Shown one piece after another: positions 14,071 through 26,420 of a DNA stretch of 64,000 nucleotides. The stretch is from Dicyema japonicum (lineage: Eukaryota; Animalia; Dicyemida): positions 216,404 through 280,403 of the forward strand of contig RDEW01000032.1 of assembly GCA_011109175.1 (NCBI GenBank). Direction: 5' to 3'. The position numbers and the translations under genes were made by a program. The notes under the pieces were generated by a model. The model was not told the origin of the DNA. It searched no databases and saw only the letters and a list, made by a program, of their open reading frames with translations. Each line of letters begins with the position of its first letter. Position 1 is the first letter of the stretch.

Positions 14071-16189
14071 GAGGCAAGCTGTCTGAGTTAACTCCAGAAC
14101 CTAATTTTGCTGGAATAAGGTTTAATCCCTCTTCAGTAAACCCTTTTCCCATATGAGGTTCGCAAACATAATAGTTGAGTGGTGGACTCAAATCCAACAT
14201 GATCAGAAGGTATGAAATGAAAAATGAGTTCATCAAGCACCTTTATTTTCATGACATAATAGCTAGTTGATTATAATTTAAACTGACTTTGGTATACTAT
14301 GGCATAGTTCTTGTAAACTTGACGTGTTTATTTTTTCTTGTGTATATACTTTCTCGTTGTCTTTCTAAAGTACTCAGAAGATATCGGAAAATCATGTTTT
14401 GAAATAAACAAGCACAGATGCACCTATCTATTTGCTTGAATCACCTGAATCGATGCACCGCAGTCAAACAAAATATTATCACTCCAGAAGCCTTTGGTAT
14501 TTACCGCTTTTAGCCTTCTCAGAGAAATTCTTTTTCCATCTCCTGTTAATGCTGGTAGGAGAAAGAATTCGATACAAACGGCATCGAAAAAAAGTTTAAA
14601 ATTATTTTTTATCAAGGCATTTTCTGCCATCTATATTCTTTTTAAGTATTTTTGTATTACTTTTAAAAAAATTTATTTTGAAATATGCAACACTTTTTTC
14701 TCAGTTGATCTCCAGAACTCGACGTCGGGGGCGAAATTTTCTTCCTATAGAATGATAGGTGGATCCTTATGAATGCCGGCCAGGCATCGGGCGTCTCTTG
14801 AGTGAGAAGATTCAATGATCCTGCAGAGAGAAGAAGAGAAATAAATAATCAAGTATCACATGGAACCACGTGGCATTGGCATTATTAAATGAAAAAAAAT
14901 AAAAATAGAATTACATATTGAAAATTATGCAGACTATTACTCTATATTATTCAATAATTAAATAATTATTAGTATATAAACAAATATTAAATAAATGCTA
15001 AATTTTGACAAAAAACATTTCTCGTGTTATAAGAATTTATTCTCACAGTTCTACAAAAACATTTCAATCTGCTACAACATATTGATATGTACTTCATTTA
15101 CATTTCCACATATCATTTAATTGAAATAAATCCTGATTCGTCAAATACATTAATGAATACATTTTTTCTTATAAACTTATCAAAAATATGAAGGACTATA
15201 AGTATTTGTCAAATTATTGCATTCTCTATATAAAACTTAATGTTCAATTCTGATATGATTATTATTATTACCCCCAGGATCACTGGGTCAAAGAGAAAGA
15301 AATAAAAGTTCTCATCTAACTAAGTGATCCCAGACCGACAAAGGTGAGGACGAGTCCGGCGGGGTCGAGAATCCTGAACGAGAATCCTGAATTATACATC
15401 TCGACAGTCACAATCTTTCTTAGCAAAATTAAAACATAATAAAACTGAAAGCCATAGTAGTTTATTTTCTGAATTACATATATTTTAAACACAGAATTTC
15501 ATAGAATTCTTTTGATGGCAATTATGAATATGTCGGCTAATAGAAGTCGTGTATGTTATAAATAATATGCTGCACACATTTCGGTAATTAATAAACTCTA
15601 ATATATAATCGGACGCTAAATTATGCTTTTTCCTGTAAACAAGTTTAATTAACAAACGAACACTGCTACTGAATTTTGTCGTATGACATCGTTCTCAAAG
15701 GTTGTTTATTCACATTTTACGAGTAATTTCAATTCCTTCATACGATTTTCAAAAAAACGGAATCATTTTTAATTTATGAGTTATTTGTTCATTCCATATT
15801 TCTAAAATTTATTGAACTGCCTGATTTAACAGTATCTTTTTAAACTTGAATTAGACTTTTCAGAATATTTCGAATTACAAGAAAGTCGTAGCCAATTTGA
15901 ATATTTATTAACGAATATTCGTAATATTTTATTTATAAATTTATCAACCGTTCAACTATCGATCGACTCAAAATATTTTTATTTTGCTGATTTTTTGTGA
16001 TCAATCAATTGAACAGTTAAGAGATGTTTTCTGAATAACTACATCTTCAGAAACTAACTTAATTTCAAAAATTCCCACAATGGACTACAAAATTAATTTA
16101 GTGATTGAACAGCCACTAAGGAAACTTATAATTCAATGGATTAATGATAAATCAGAATAGTCAATCAGAAATCAGAGACAAGTCAATAA

Positions 16190-16615
16190 TTACTCGTAAA
16201 TAAAGGAGTTAAGACCGGTATCCCATTGAACAGTCTCATTTGGAGTAAGCAAATATCAGTTAACTATAACTGCTCTTCACTCAGTCATTTCTGTAGATTG
16301 TGTTCCGATTCTTATCGACTCCGTAGCCTCCACTAATAGTTGGATAGCTGTTGGTCTCTAGCAAACTGTGAGACAGGAGCTTTAACCACGTTTTTCCAGT
16401 AAAGACCTGACGTGGGTATATATTAGCCTACATTGGAACAGCAGTGCATAAGAGACGTATTTCATCATACCAGGATAAAATCGAAGTTTATTAAGTATTT
16501 GTAATGTTCGGTAAGAAATATGCCACTCGTTTGTTTCTCATTTCCTCGAACCGGTAAATAACTTTCCCAAACAATCCTCTCTGAGCATAATCAGGTTCAT
16601 ACATAAAGTCACCTT
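16190..16615 (-). pseudogene. Nucleoside diphosphate kinase pseudogene
   Basis: Collinear with the 50810-51287 gene, including its intron and 3' flank, but with deletions and disrupted conserved motifs. Confidence 0.85.
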
Positions 16616-16840
16616 ATTTTTAATTATATCAATAAACGTGATAATTTTATTTAAATAAAAAATATTAATTAATTTTTTTTGTATTCGATGTACTTCATTT
16701 TACACTATCTCGTGTAATTTGATCGCAAAGCTTATTAACTTTACTTATTTCTCAAATAAGGTCGCAAAGCAGAGGGCGATGGAGACGCCTAGAGAAGCAG
16801 ATTTTGAAACGTGTGGCACAAACGGGACCTTAGTTTATTT

Positions 16841-17140
16841 TTAATAACTTCATTACACCGAGAAAGAAGTTAAAATAAACAACTAACTAAGTGTATCCAG
16901 TTTCCACTTCTACAGAAACAGCGTCCATCCTGAATCAGCATAAAAATAGGACGTCCATTACATGCAGTTGTGGAAACCCCTCCAGTGGAGTGGGGGAGAG
17001 CAAATTATCCTTTGTTGTGCCGGCCTGGCACTGGGCGCCACCTAGACAGGTGGATCACATGACGCCACTCTAATAGGAAGAGAGAGGAGGAACAGACAAG
17101 CAAGCATAAAACTTCAACAAATTAACCACGCAGCACCAGT
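16841..17140 (-). mobile_element. SINE-like family A copy
   Basis: Highly similar to 24548-24877 and 51803-52120. Older copies lie at about 10975-11125, 11640-11855, 12290-12615, 14690-14880 and 61100-61330 (all -), and 22866-23050 and 61520-61700 (+). Confidence 0.85.
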
Positions 17141-17329
17141 TAATATAATGTTCTTTAATTCTGTGAAAGTGCTTTTAAAAAAATAATAAAAAAGGCCCGA
17201 TGGTCCCTCGTTCGAATTTCGTTGCTGTACATTCTGGTTAAAGATTCTACGGATCTGCTACGAATGACAAGTGATTGAAAACAAAAAATCACCGACAAAT
17301 TAATAACTACATAGCCGTCAGGTGATTCC

Positions 17330-17720
17330 GGCCGCCTCGAGTAGCCATCTCATTTTTGCTTGGTGTTCTTCCCGGGTTCCACGTCATTTCCGGATTGGGC
17401 CGGAATTTCTAACTTTTTTGGAGGGTAGTAAGGCTCCGGTTTTCCTCACTAATTCCTCAAAAGGTGTAGGGTTTAGAGGTGTCCAAGAAAACCTTTGCAA
17501 AGCCTTACTGGCCAATTTTTGGAAGGTATTGATTCTTTCTATATTCTTGTTTGATAGGTTGGTACCCCATGCAGCACACCCGTAAGTTAGAGACGGTTGA
17601 ATATACTGCACGTAGAGCGAGTCCAAATTTGAGTTGAAACACCCATTATAATGTCCAAGGAGTGTTTTAACAAAATTTAGCTTTCGTTGTGCGAAGAGAT
17701 GACGTTGTCGATGTGTTAAA
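17330..17720 (-). mobile_element. LINE ORF2 C-terminal remnant (I/Jockey/CR1 group)
   Basis: YVQYIQPSLTYGCAAWG...IERINTFQK. Related 3' ends lie at about 1030-1285, 35480-35935 and 60600-61010. Confidence 0.7.
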
Positions 17721-18295
17721 ATTATTATTATTAAGGCACTTTCACGAAAGCCATAATGCATGTGCAACACTCAAAAAAACCATATTTATAATTAGTCTTT
17801 TCCATCTACCTCTGTCGAATGCGAGTGATCTCAATTCGCCCAGGTCGTCCCCCGTCTTTAGATTTTTTCTCACACGATTTAAATTTTTGTTTAAGGCAGT
17901 CGGAAGTGTCGATCTAGGTCGTCCGCGGAAGGGTTTTTCGCAACTGTCAAAGTAATCTTCCATCGCTTTGTTAGCGGGTGCGTCCGGGTTCATTCTTAGT
18001 ACATGCCCAAATAGCCTCCACCGGGCTTCTATCACATCCTTGCTGATGTAAGAACACATACACTTGTTGTAGATACCAGTGGTTGATATTCTACGTGACC
18101 ACTCCATTCCGAGTAAGCTTCTTAGTTGCTTTCATGGAACGAATCCAGTTTCGATAGTTCCTTGAAGGAACTTCCCCATTTCCCAGTGTTGTACAGTAGG
18201 ATCGATTTCACAAACGCGTTGTAAAGCCTGCATCTGATGTCAATTCCAAGTCGTTTGGCCCTTAGCCATCCTTTCTTCAGTTTAACCATTGCCGC
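17721..18295 (-). mobile_element. RTE-clade LINE 3' remnant with (TAA)n tail
   Basis: RLYNAFVKSILLYNTGKWG...LDSFH and RWRLFGHVLRM...RGRPRSTL...LAFDRGRW. Tail at 17721-17733. Confidence 0.8.
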
Positions 18296-18447
18296 ATTTG
18301 TGTTAAAATAAAATAGTTATTAGAATATTATTGTTTTAATTTAAAAATTGTTTAATTTTATTTTTATAATATAAAATTTATTTTTGCATATTTAAACTAA
18401 TAAATTATTTTTCGTTGGACGTGAGACATTTTTAATTAACCTAATTC

Positions 18448-21400
18448 ATGGATCTAATACAAGCTGGGAAATTTTACATTGACTTGATGCTTAACGATGC
18501 TGGAAGTGGAATGAAGGCCATGTTATTTGACAACCACACTGTATAACCTAATATTTATGTAGATAAAAATTATGAGTGTCCTGTATTCCCAGAGTCAAAT
18601 GTTCCAAAAGGAGGTCTTTCTATTTTCACAGCTGAAGACCTCATCCTCTGAGCTACTTCCTTTCATTCCTGCCATAGTATTCGTCCAGCCAACTGAAGAA
18701 AATTTGTCGGCCATAATAAAAGAACTCGAGCATCCAAGATTTTCCAGCTACTCTATATGTAAGCATTCAATCTTGATACCCACGTGTTAATCATTTACTC
18801 TTTCCTTGCCACGTAGTCTCTGTTGATGTTTTACTGGTTCCCCCAGTTTTTTTCTCTTTGTGTCCATTCATAGCTTTCCTTTGTTATTTTAGTGTGCTAG
18901 CTTGACCTTTTTATGATTTCTTTATGTGTGCTATAGTCACTAATAACGATTAATACTAGCTTTGCATAAATGAATTCCTAGCTACCCACGTGTCATTATT
19001 ACACCTCATTTGTTCGATTATTAGCATCTACTTTATTGTTCTTCCAATATCTACTTAGTTAATTATCAACCCCGACCTCACTGCCTTTTGGAGGTCGGCT
19101 CTCCGCAGGCGTCCTGCTGGACGCTTCATCAGACGTTCACTGGAAGTCCGGGGGAAATTTGCACTTATTATTTTATAGCTATTAAATTTATTTATTAAGG
19201 TTTGTAATTATTTAAATAAAGCCTAGCCACGTGTCATAATTTGATTCCTTACTCTCGTGTTTTTTTATGTAGCGTCGTTTACTTTTTATACTAAAATAGC
19301 GTACTTTACTTTAAAATATACTTTTCAGTAATTATTGACTTGTTTAGTTGGTGATTAGTGGTACTTTTACGTATTTATTTTTATAAGTAACCACGTGTTA
19401 TCCTATGAATCCTTTACTATCATTATTGTGATATTATGTGCGGTCTATTATTTTTGTGGTGCTGATTAACTATATAAGACTATTGCGATTCTTATGCGTC
19501 TATTTGGTATCTGTTACTCTCTGATTATTATTATTTAAGAGACATTTATATTTCCATTTTGTTAGTTGTCTGTGCTATTCATAGTTTATAGGTTATCTTT
19601 ATCACGTTTGATCATATTTACTGATTACACTTGGCTGCGGTATTATACGTTGATTTTGCGGTTTTACTTGCTTTTTACTATTTTATTTTTTTGTATGATC
19701 CTTGGTTTTATTTGTTCTGTTTTATTGGCTGGATAATTTGAGCTCTTCGGTTCTTTATTTTTCATTTCGTATTTGTCATTACTCCTTATTATGCCTGGTA
19801 TCCTATTTCACATCCACGTGGCCTTGACTCGGCTAGAATTTAGTAATTTATTCTACGTTCCTTATGGCAGATTTTAGACTATAATTCTATTGCTTGTATT
19901 TACTGCTACTTAATTGTTTATGTTACCTCATATCCATGTGTCTCATGATCGTTTCCACCTCTTGTAGCCTATCACCATAACCACGTGGTATATTTATACT
20001 GCTAATTCACTTACCGTATTTTATTAGTCATTGTTGTGTTTATGCACTTTAAATTATTTAGCAATCCAATTTGACCACTTCCATCCTTTAAAAGTCTCAT
20101 GGGGACTGGTCTGAAATTATTAGTTAAAGCTATTTACTCTCATTCTTGCCTCATTGGCGATTAACAGAGTGCTGTTTCATTGATTTAGTGACATACTATT
20201 CTCTCATTGTTCATAATTACTTGTTAATATTTTCTATCTCTATTATCTCTTGCAACTTTTTCCGCTGCAAGGTTCTACCCTTTATTTGATACTGAGACCC
20301 ACGTGGCTTATTTGAAAATTATGAAATTAGTTAGATATAATTTATGTTTTTTATTTCAATAAATTTTGATTTAAAAAAATTTATGTTTACTAATTTAAAT
20401 AGATTTTTCCTACTATTGTCCACGTGTGTACATTGAGCAAATCGCCAAGGCGGATGATGACGAACGAGTGAACTGTATTAAAGAAATATGCCTCGACTAT
20501 TATATTCTCGGAAATAAACTCTTCACTTTTGATGTTAAAAATGACCGGGTTTAATGCGAAAACTTATATTGTAGCCAAATTGGGGACTTGGTGATGAGAC
20601 TTGTACGCACCTGTGTAACAAATTATCTGCAGTAGTAAACTCTCTTGGTATCCACCCTGAAATCAAATACCAAGCTTCGTCACTCAGCTGTGAAAAACTT
20701 GGAGTCGAACTTAAGGTTGTGACTGTAGGAGTAAATTTTAGAATCTTCTAGAAATTCAAGGAGATTATCGCGGCCAAAATGACTCATTACTTCTTTTGGT
20801 AGACAGAACCATCGACCCCGTTGTCCCAGTGCTTAATTCGGTTGGTTCAATCCACGTGACTAAAATTAGTGGACATACGAGGCAATGATTCACGAAATAA
20901 TAGGAATCGACAACTGTAAGGTCAAGTTCAGTACAGAAGGCTATCCAGAAACTACAATGTTGCTCAACGCAGCGAATACGTTTTACCATGAGGTGACTAG
21001 TACTTTACACGTGCCAGAATAGACTGCACTACTACGATGAAATTGTTGAAAAAATCTCGGCGAATATAGGAAAAGTAAGGGAAATTAGAGAGGAGATATC
21101 TCAAGCTGGAACCATCTCCAATATGAAAGTTTTCTAAGCTCATTATGCAGGGATTGGTGGAGAAATACCCACAACAACGGAAATGGCTGTCGATGATCAC
21201 CCAACACTGTGACTTGGTGGGGGAACTTACGAAATTAGCAACTGAACGTAGTCTATTTGATGTCTCTTTACTGGAACAGGATATTGTGACCTATAATCTT
21301 GATTTTCACCAAACTATCCAAGTTTAATTCCATTTTAAGTTTTTTTAGAGAATTGCCACCCTTTTTCAGGAAAATCCAGAAATCACGGCCTTGGATGCGA

Positions 21401-21921
21401 TCGGATTGGCGGTTCTGTGTTTGATAAAATTCCCTGAATGTGCGAATTATAAACTTGAAATTTTTAACAAACATTTGCTCAAATTGAACGTCCCACGTCA
21501 CATTTACCAGATTCCGCAAGATTTTCAACGGATTGTGCAGAGCAAGCCAGCAAAGAATGCCTCAATTTCTAAGGGATTCGTCTCGTGGTGGCGGAATACT
21601 ATCAAAAATACAACTATGGGCGGAAGTACCAATATGTATAAGAGATATCGTCCCTATCTGGTCTCAATCTTGGAAGAAATAGCTCGGAATTCGCTCTCCA
21701 TTATTGATTTTCCCAGCACTATTGTGTTTAACCCCTTTTCTCTTGGGAATAACTGTAGTATGTCGCATGGGAGTAGGGGATACTCTAAGGTGGTCGTATT
21801 TGTGGTCGGAGGATTCACATATGCTGAGGCTGCTGCCGTGGAGATGATGGATTTGCCTTTTTCTGTTGTTCTCGGTGGGACGATGGTCCATAATTTCGAG
21901 ACGTTTGCTTTGCGTTGTTGA
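18448..21921 (+). CDS. VPS45: Sec1/Munc18-family vacuolar protein sorting 45, 9 exons, 550 aa, intact
   Basis: Exons 18448-18540, 18563-18758, 20403-20548, 20575-20715, 20742-20840, 20870-20992, 21018-21128, 21151-21321 and 21349-21921 splice in frame. Motifs YSQSQMFQKEVFLF, LLLVDRTIDPVVPVLNSWTYEAMIHE, VVVFVVGGFTYAE and LGGTMVHN match VPS45. Confidence 0.93.
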
Positions 21922-22046
21922 TTGTAGATATTCAGCTGAGATCTCCAGAATGGCTAAGAAGTAGTCAATAGTCTTCATAATAACTAGATGATTTATTTTA
22001 TTTATATTAACCTTATTATTAAAGCAAATGTAGTTGAAAAGAAAAG

Positions 22047-22305
22047 TTAGGCGGGGTTTAATGGCCTGAAGACATTGAACAAGCAATAGGAGCTACCTTG
22101 CGAGACCAATGTTCTGCAAGAGCCATTGCGTCATTGTAGGCTCACCCTTCCGCAGCCACCAAGACGTCTGACTAATATGATAAACTAGGACCAATAACGC
22201 CAAATATCTCAACAGATATCGGCTGGAAAGTGAACTGGTCTTCAATGCCTGGTACTTCCTCCCATTCAAATCTTCAGCAGTACTTGCAGTGTAACCCGCG
22301 GGCAT
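22047..22305 (-). CDS. Putative 75-aa single-TM protein convergent with VPS45
   Basis: ATG ORF with hydrophobic YLLRYLALLVLVYHI, a 31-nt GT-AG intron (22066-22096) and a short last exon. No homolog recognised. Confidence 0.35.
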
Positions 22306-23049
22306 CAGTGACTTGAGCAGTGGAATTAATTATTATTAATTAAAAAATAACTTGTATTAAATCGAATTAATGGAAAACAACGTTGTTTTCTCCTTAAGCA
22401 GATTTCAAAAAGTGGCTATTTTTGACATTCATATATGCTTCTAGTTTTGTGTTAAAAATTTGGCTGCAAAATGAAAACGACTGTAAAGTCTCTCGTGGTT
22501 ATGAAAGATTAGAATCTCAACAAACAGTTAGTTAGTTAAGAGCTCTTTCGCGTAGCCCTAAGGGGGTTTCGCTTGAACCATGCTTTGCAGCCATCTTCCT
22601 CGACATCATATTTCTGGCCCTCATTCGATAGATTAATCAGGCGGTTCACCTGTTGTTGTTGTGGCACCCGGTGCAAGTTTTTCATGAAAAAGAGCCGTTT
22701 GAACTTATCCACCCCTCTACGTCTTTTGGAAGGGTGGCCTACCAATTTGTTGTTCCCTCATTCGAACATCACCAAGATCAACAAAAAGAAAACTATTTTT
22801 ACTATTTGATATTATTATTATTTAATTTTTAAAATTATTTAATATCTATTTTATATATAATTGATTCCGTGGTGCTATTTGGCTAATTGGATAAAGTTTT
22901 CTGTTGTTTTGTCTGTTTTTTTCTCTCTCTTTTTATAAGAGTGGCGACATGTGATCCACCTGTCTAGGTGGTGCCCAGTCGCAGGCTGGCACGAAAAGGA
23001 TCATTTTCTCTCCCCCACTCCACTGGAGGGATTTCCACAACTGCATTAA

Positions 23050-24400
23050 ATTAAACAAAACTATTTTTACGCATGTGGCTCGTGGGGCCTATTCATTTTT
23101 TGGCAAATGTCATGAAAAGGTAATTCAAAGTTGTGGACTTCTTTAAAGGGCTCCCCTCCAACGCTTTAGAAATCACTAATAAATAGAAACCGACGTGCCT
23201 GCTCGTTTTAACAAGAGCACCCAGTTCTACGCTCTGCACTTTGCTTTTTGGGTTCGAATTAGGAACATCGGGCCAAGATTTGACTTTTGCTGAGTATCAC
23301 GTGAGTAGTTACTATGGTATTAAACCCAAGACCATCAAGAAAGAAATGTTAAACTCATTAATTAGCCCAGCCTTCAATATCTCCCAACCTCTCCTTGATT
23401 GTTCCGACAGCAACTCAAATGCTCTCCGGAAGTGCATTGTCTGCAGAAATATCCTATCGGGAGCACTTTTTATGGTCGATCGGAACTCATCTGCATGGGC
23501 TACCCTTTTTCTAAATGGGTTTCCTAGTGCCTTGCATGTGTCAACAGTAGTTTTACGGTTGAGAAAGTTTATAGGCTTGATCTTACAAGAGGAAAGGACA
23601 GATCTCCACGTAGAACAAGCTTATTCAATTGTCGGCACAGTAACTTGAACGTGGAGTTTACTGATACAAGCTGCAGGTAGGAGGTTCTTTACGATGGCCT
23701 TAAGAACGGTCCACTATCGAAGCCCCTTAGTTGACGCTTTCTCCGTGTGTCTGGAAAACGTCATTAGAGACTGGCGATTTGGTTAAATTTCATATTCATT
23801 CGGTCGTTGGATAGCAATTAATTTATTAACCATGATCGGGGGACATTTAGTGTTCTCCGTAGAACGACTTGGGCGTCTTTTTTGACGATCTCAAATATAT
23901 TCTGAGAGATCGGTTTGTAAACTTTCAGCTTGCTCTGTGCCGATAGTGAAAACGGGGCAATCCATGCAGCACAGGTGTTCTCGATACTCGGTAGAACGAA
24001 TTTTTGCTCTAACGAAGGGCGGGAAAATATTGGGGAGTTCTTAGGATCCATGCGGTTACCAGGTCCACTTGATAAATGAGAGGATCCAGGATAACTCCAA
24101 GGATTGAAAGGGTCTTATTAACTTTTCAGTTATTATTGACTTGTTCCGTGTCGCTCTCCAATGATTCACTGCACCATGAGATTATCCGCATACGATAAAA
24201 GAATTGAATTTTTTGTAGTTGGGGTTGGGTGGTCACTAGGGAACATGTCGAATAGCATCCTTGTGGGACTCCATTTGGAAGGTATCGCGGTTTTGATTTT
24301 TGGTTGTTTGCCACCACTTGTCATCACTTGAATTTAGGGTGGATCGACGTCATGACAATTTTTACCGTAAGGATCTTCCGGGATACTGCAATAAAAATTG
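23050..24400 (-). mobile_element. Decayed LINE reverse-transcriptase region
   Basis: GVPQG motif near 24260, LSILGVILD-like segment and PSIENTCAAW segment on the minus strand, with many stops. Confidence 0.6.
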
Positions 24401-24547
24401 CTTAATTAATTCTTCTGATTATTATTATTACGGTTAATTAATTCTTTAACTTAAAATAAAAAAATAAAATTTGATTTATTTAAAAGTAACAATTAATAAT
24501 AAATTAACATACCCATCCATACCCATCGAGATTCTTGGTAGCCGGTA

Positions 24548-24877
24548 GCCGCGTGGCGCCATGTGGTGTTGCGTGGTTAATTGGTTGAGGTTTTCTGCTT
24601 TCTTGTCTGTTCCTCCTGTCTCTTCCTATTAGAGTGGCGTCATGTGATCCACCTGTCTAGGTGACGCCCAGTGCCAGGCCGGCACGAAAAAGGATCATTT
24701 TCTCTTCCCCACTCCACTGGAGGGGTTTCCACAACTACATGTAATGGACGTCTTACCTTTTATGCTGATTCTGGATGGATTTCGTTTCTGTACAAGTGGA
24801 AACTGGATACACTTAATTAGTTGTTTACTTTAACTTCTTTCTCGGTGTATCCGGGGTTAATAAATAAATAAATAAAT
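24548..24877 (+). mobile_element. SINE-like family A, full-length young copy with (TAAA)n tail
   Basis: Head gccgcgtggcgccatgtgg (A-box-like; no clear B-box), structured centre, and end ccggggttaa(taaa)n. Confidence 0.85.
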
Positions 24878-25099
24878 CCAAAGTGATCCCCGCCGACATT
24901 ATCGACGTTACTGATAAGGATTTCTTATGTCGACGGTCAGCATGCTATTAATAATATCTCATGAACTCTCCTTGAGTGTTCCGGAAGGTTTGTTTTGCAT
25001 TCCTTCAATTATTATTACCTAGTTAAGTAATCCTGGCTTTGTTGATTTGTAAGAGACCAGCGGTTATTAAGCAGGCCGTAGTAAATACCGGTCGCTCCC

Positions 25100-26130
25100 A
25101 TAGATTGGTTACTTTGGCGTGGTAGAGGAAATGCGTACTAATTCAGGACATTCAAAAAGGTGATTCCTGTCAACTCGGAAAGGTTGCAAAAAGAACAGAG
25201 AACACTATCCATGAAGTTTAAGTGCATATTCGATGTCACCAGAGTTCGCCATTTATAAAAAAAGGGGGAACCAAATGTTTCCTAGGCAATAATGTCATTC
25301 CATAGGATACCACCTCAGTTATCCAATAAGTCAACTTTTCGGCAAACTAGTCATTAATCACTCAGTCGATGGCCATGTAGTATACAGAACTTGAATGATT
25401 TTGAAAACTGCTGAGCGAATCTTATGATATGTAGAGAATGTTGCTAGTATGATTTAGATATGAACAAATACTCTAGAACACGTGGATAAGTGGTACAGGA
25501 GGAAAGCAATGTCCTTAGAAGACTAGATGATCTCAAACCGACAGGGAGGCCGAACATTCTACACTGAGGATTTCTCATAGTATCTGAGAAGGATTTTGTG
25601 GTAAATGAAACTTGGAATGAATTAGAAAACTGCTAATTTCCGCCGAGATTATTGATGCGTTGATTGAGTGGTTGGCACCTCTCTACCAATGTCTATATCT
25701 TTATCGTACTCTCATTCTGTGTATTCTACCCAGATTAGAATTGCAACTTTCAACGTCAGAGGACTCTCTTCGAACACTAAACAGGAGATCTTATGCATGG
25801 AGGAGGAGGAAGGATACATGGAGTCTTCAGTTCTATGCTGCTAGCCTAGACATAATATCGACCCTTGAGATGTCCAGGACAAAGTCCATCGAGTCCTCCG
25901 CTGCTATCTGTAGCGACGGAAAGTATCTCCTTGTTACGTCAACCTCAGATACATGTAAACAATGCGTTTTTCCCGGGGAAGGAGGGATCCGTTGGTCGTT
26001 TGGGATGTTTGGATGTCGCTCGATGAGTGTCGTGCAAGTATCTTCTAATAGTTCCAGGATACGGTTCTGATCAGAGAGATTCCTCAACCGACAAGAGGGA
26101 GAACGATACCCACTTGACGGACATTTTATA
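25100..26130. mobile_element. Mixed LINE endonuclease remnants
   Basis: The + strand at about 25737 reads RIATFNVRGLSSNTKQEIL, an APE N-terminus. Flanking decayed coding-like sequence lies on the - strand. Confidence 0.5.
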
Positions 26131-26420
26131 AAGCTCCTCTCATTAGTAATTGAATCACATCATATTTTTGTGCGTGTAAAAAATATTTACAAGGATTTCT
26201 TTGAAAAAAACCGCTAAAATGTTTTTTCCTTAGGAATTTTCTTTGTTATTCGAATGGATGTGCTCCAAGATATTTTAAAGGAAAATCTTATCTTCTAGAT
26301 TGAAAATTTGACATTAATAAGCCTTAATTTTAATTCTAATAAATTAATATTTATTTTAATAATATTTTTTAAATTTATTTACAATTTCAGAATAAAATTA
26401 AAAATATTCAGCGAATTGTT

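Noticed and set aside
14424-14630. ILFDCGAS aspartic-protease-like motif
   Set aside because: A single short motif with no supporting gag, RT or LTR context.
15285-15390. Resemblance to the MetaSINE central domain
   Set aside because: Similarity from memory is too weak to support the assignment.
21664-22086. 140-aa minus-strand ORF overlapping VPS45
   Set aside because: Mostly an antisense shadow of the last VPS45 exon, with no ATG start or recognisable domain.
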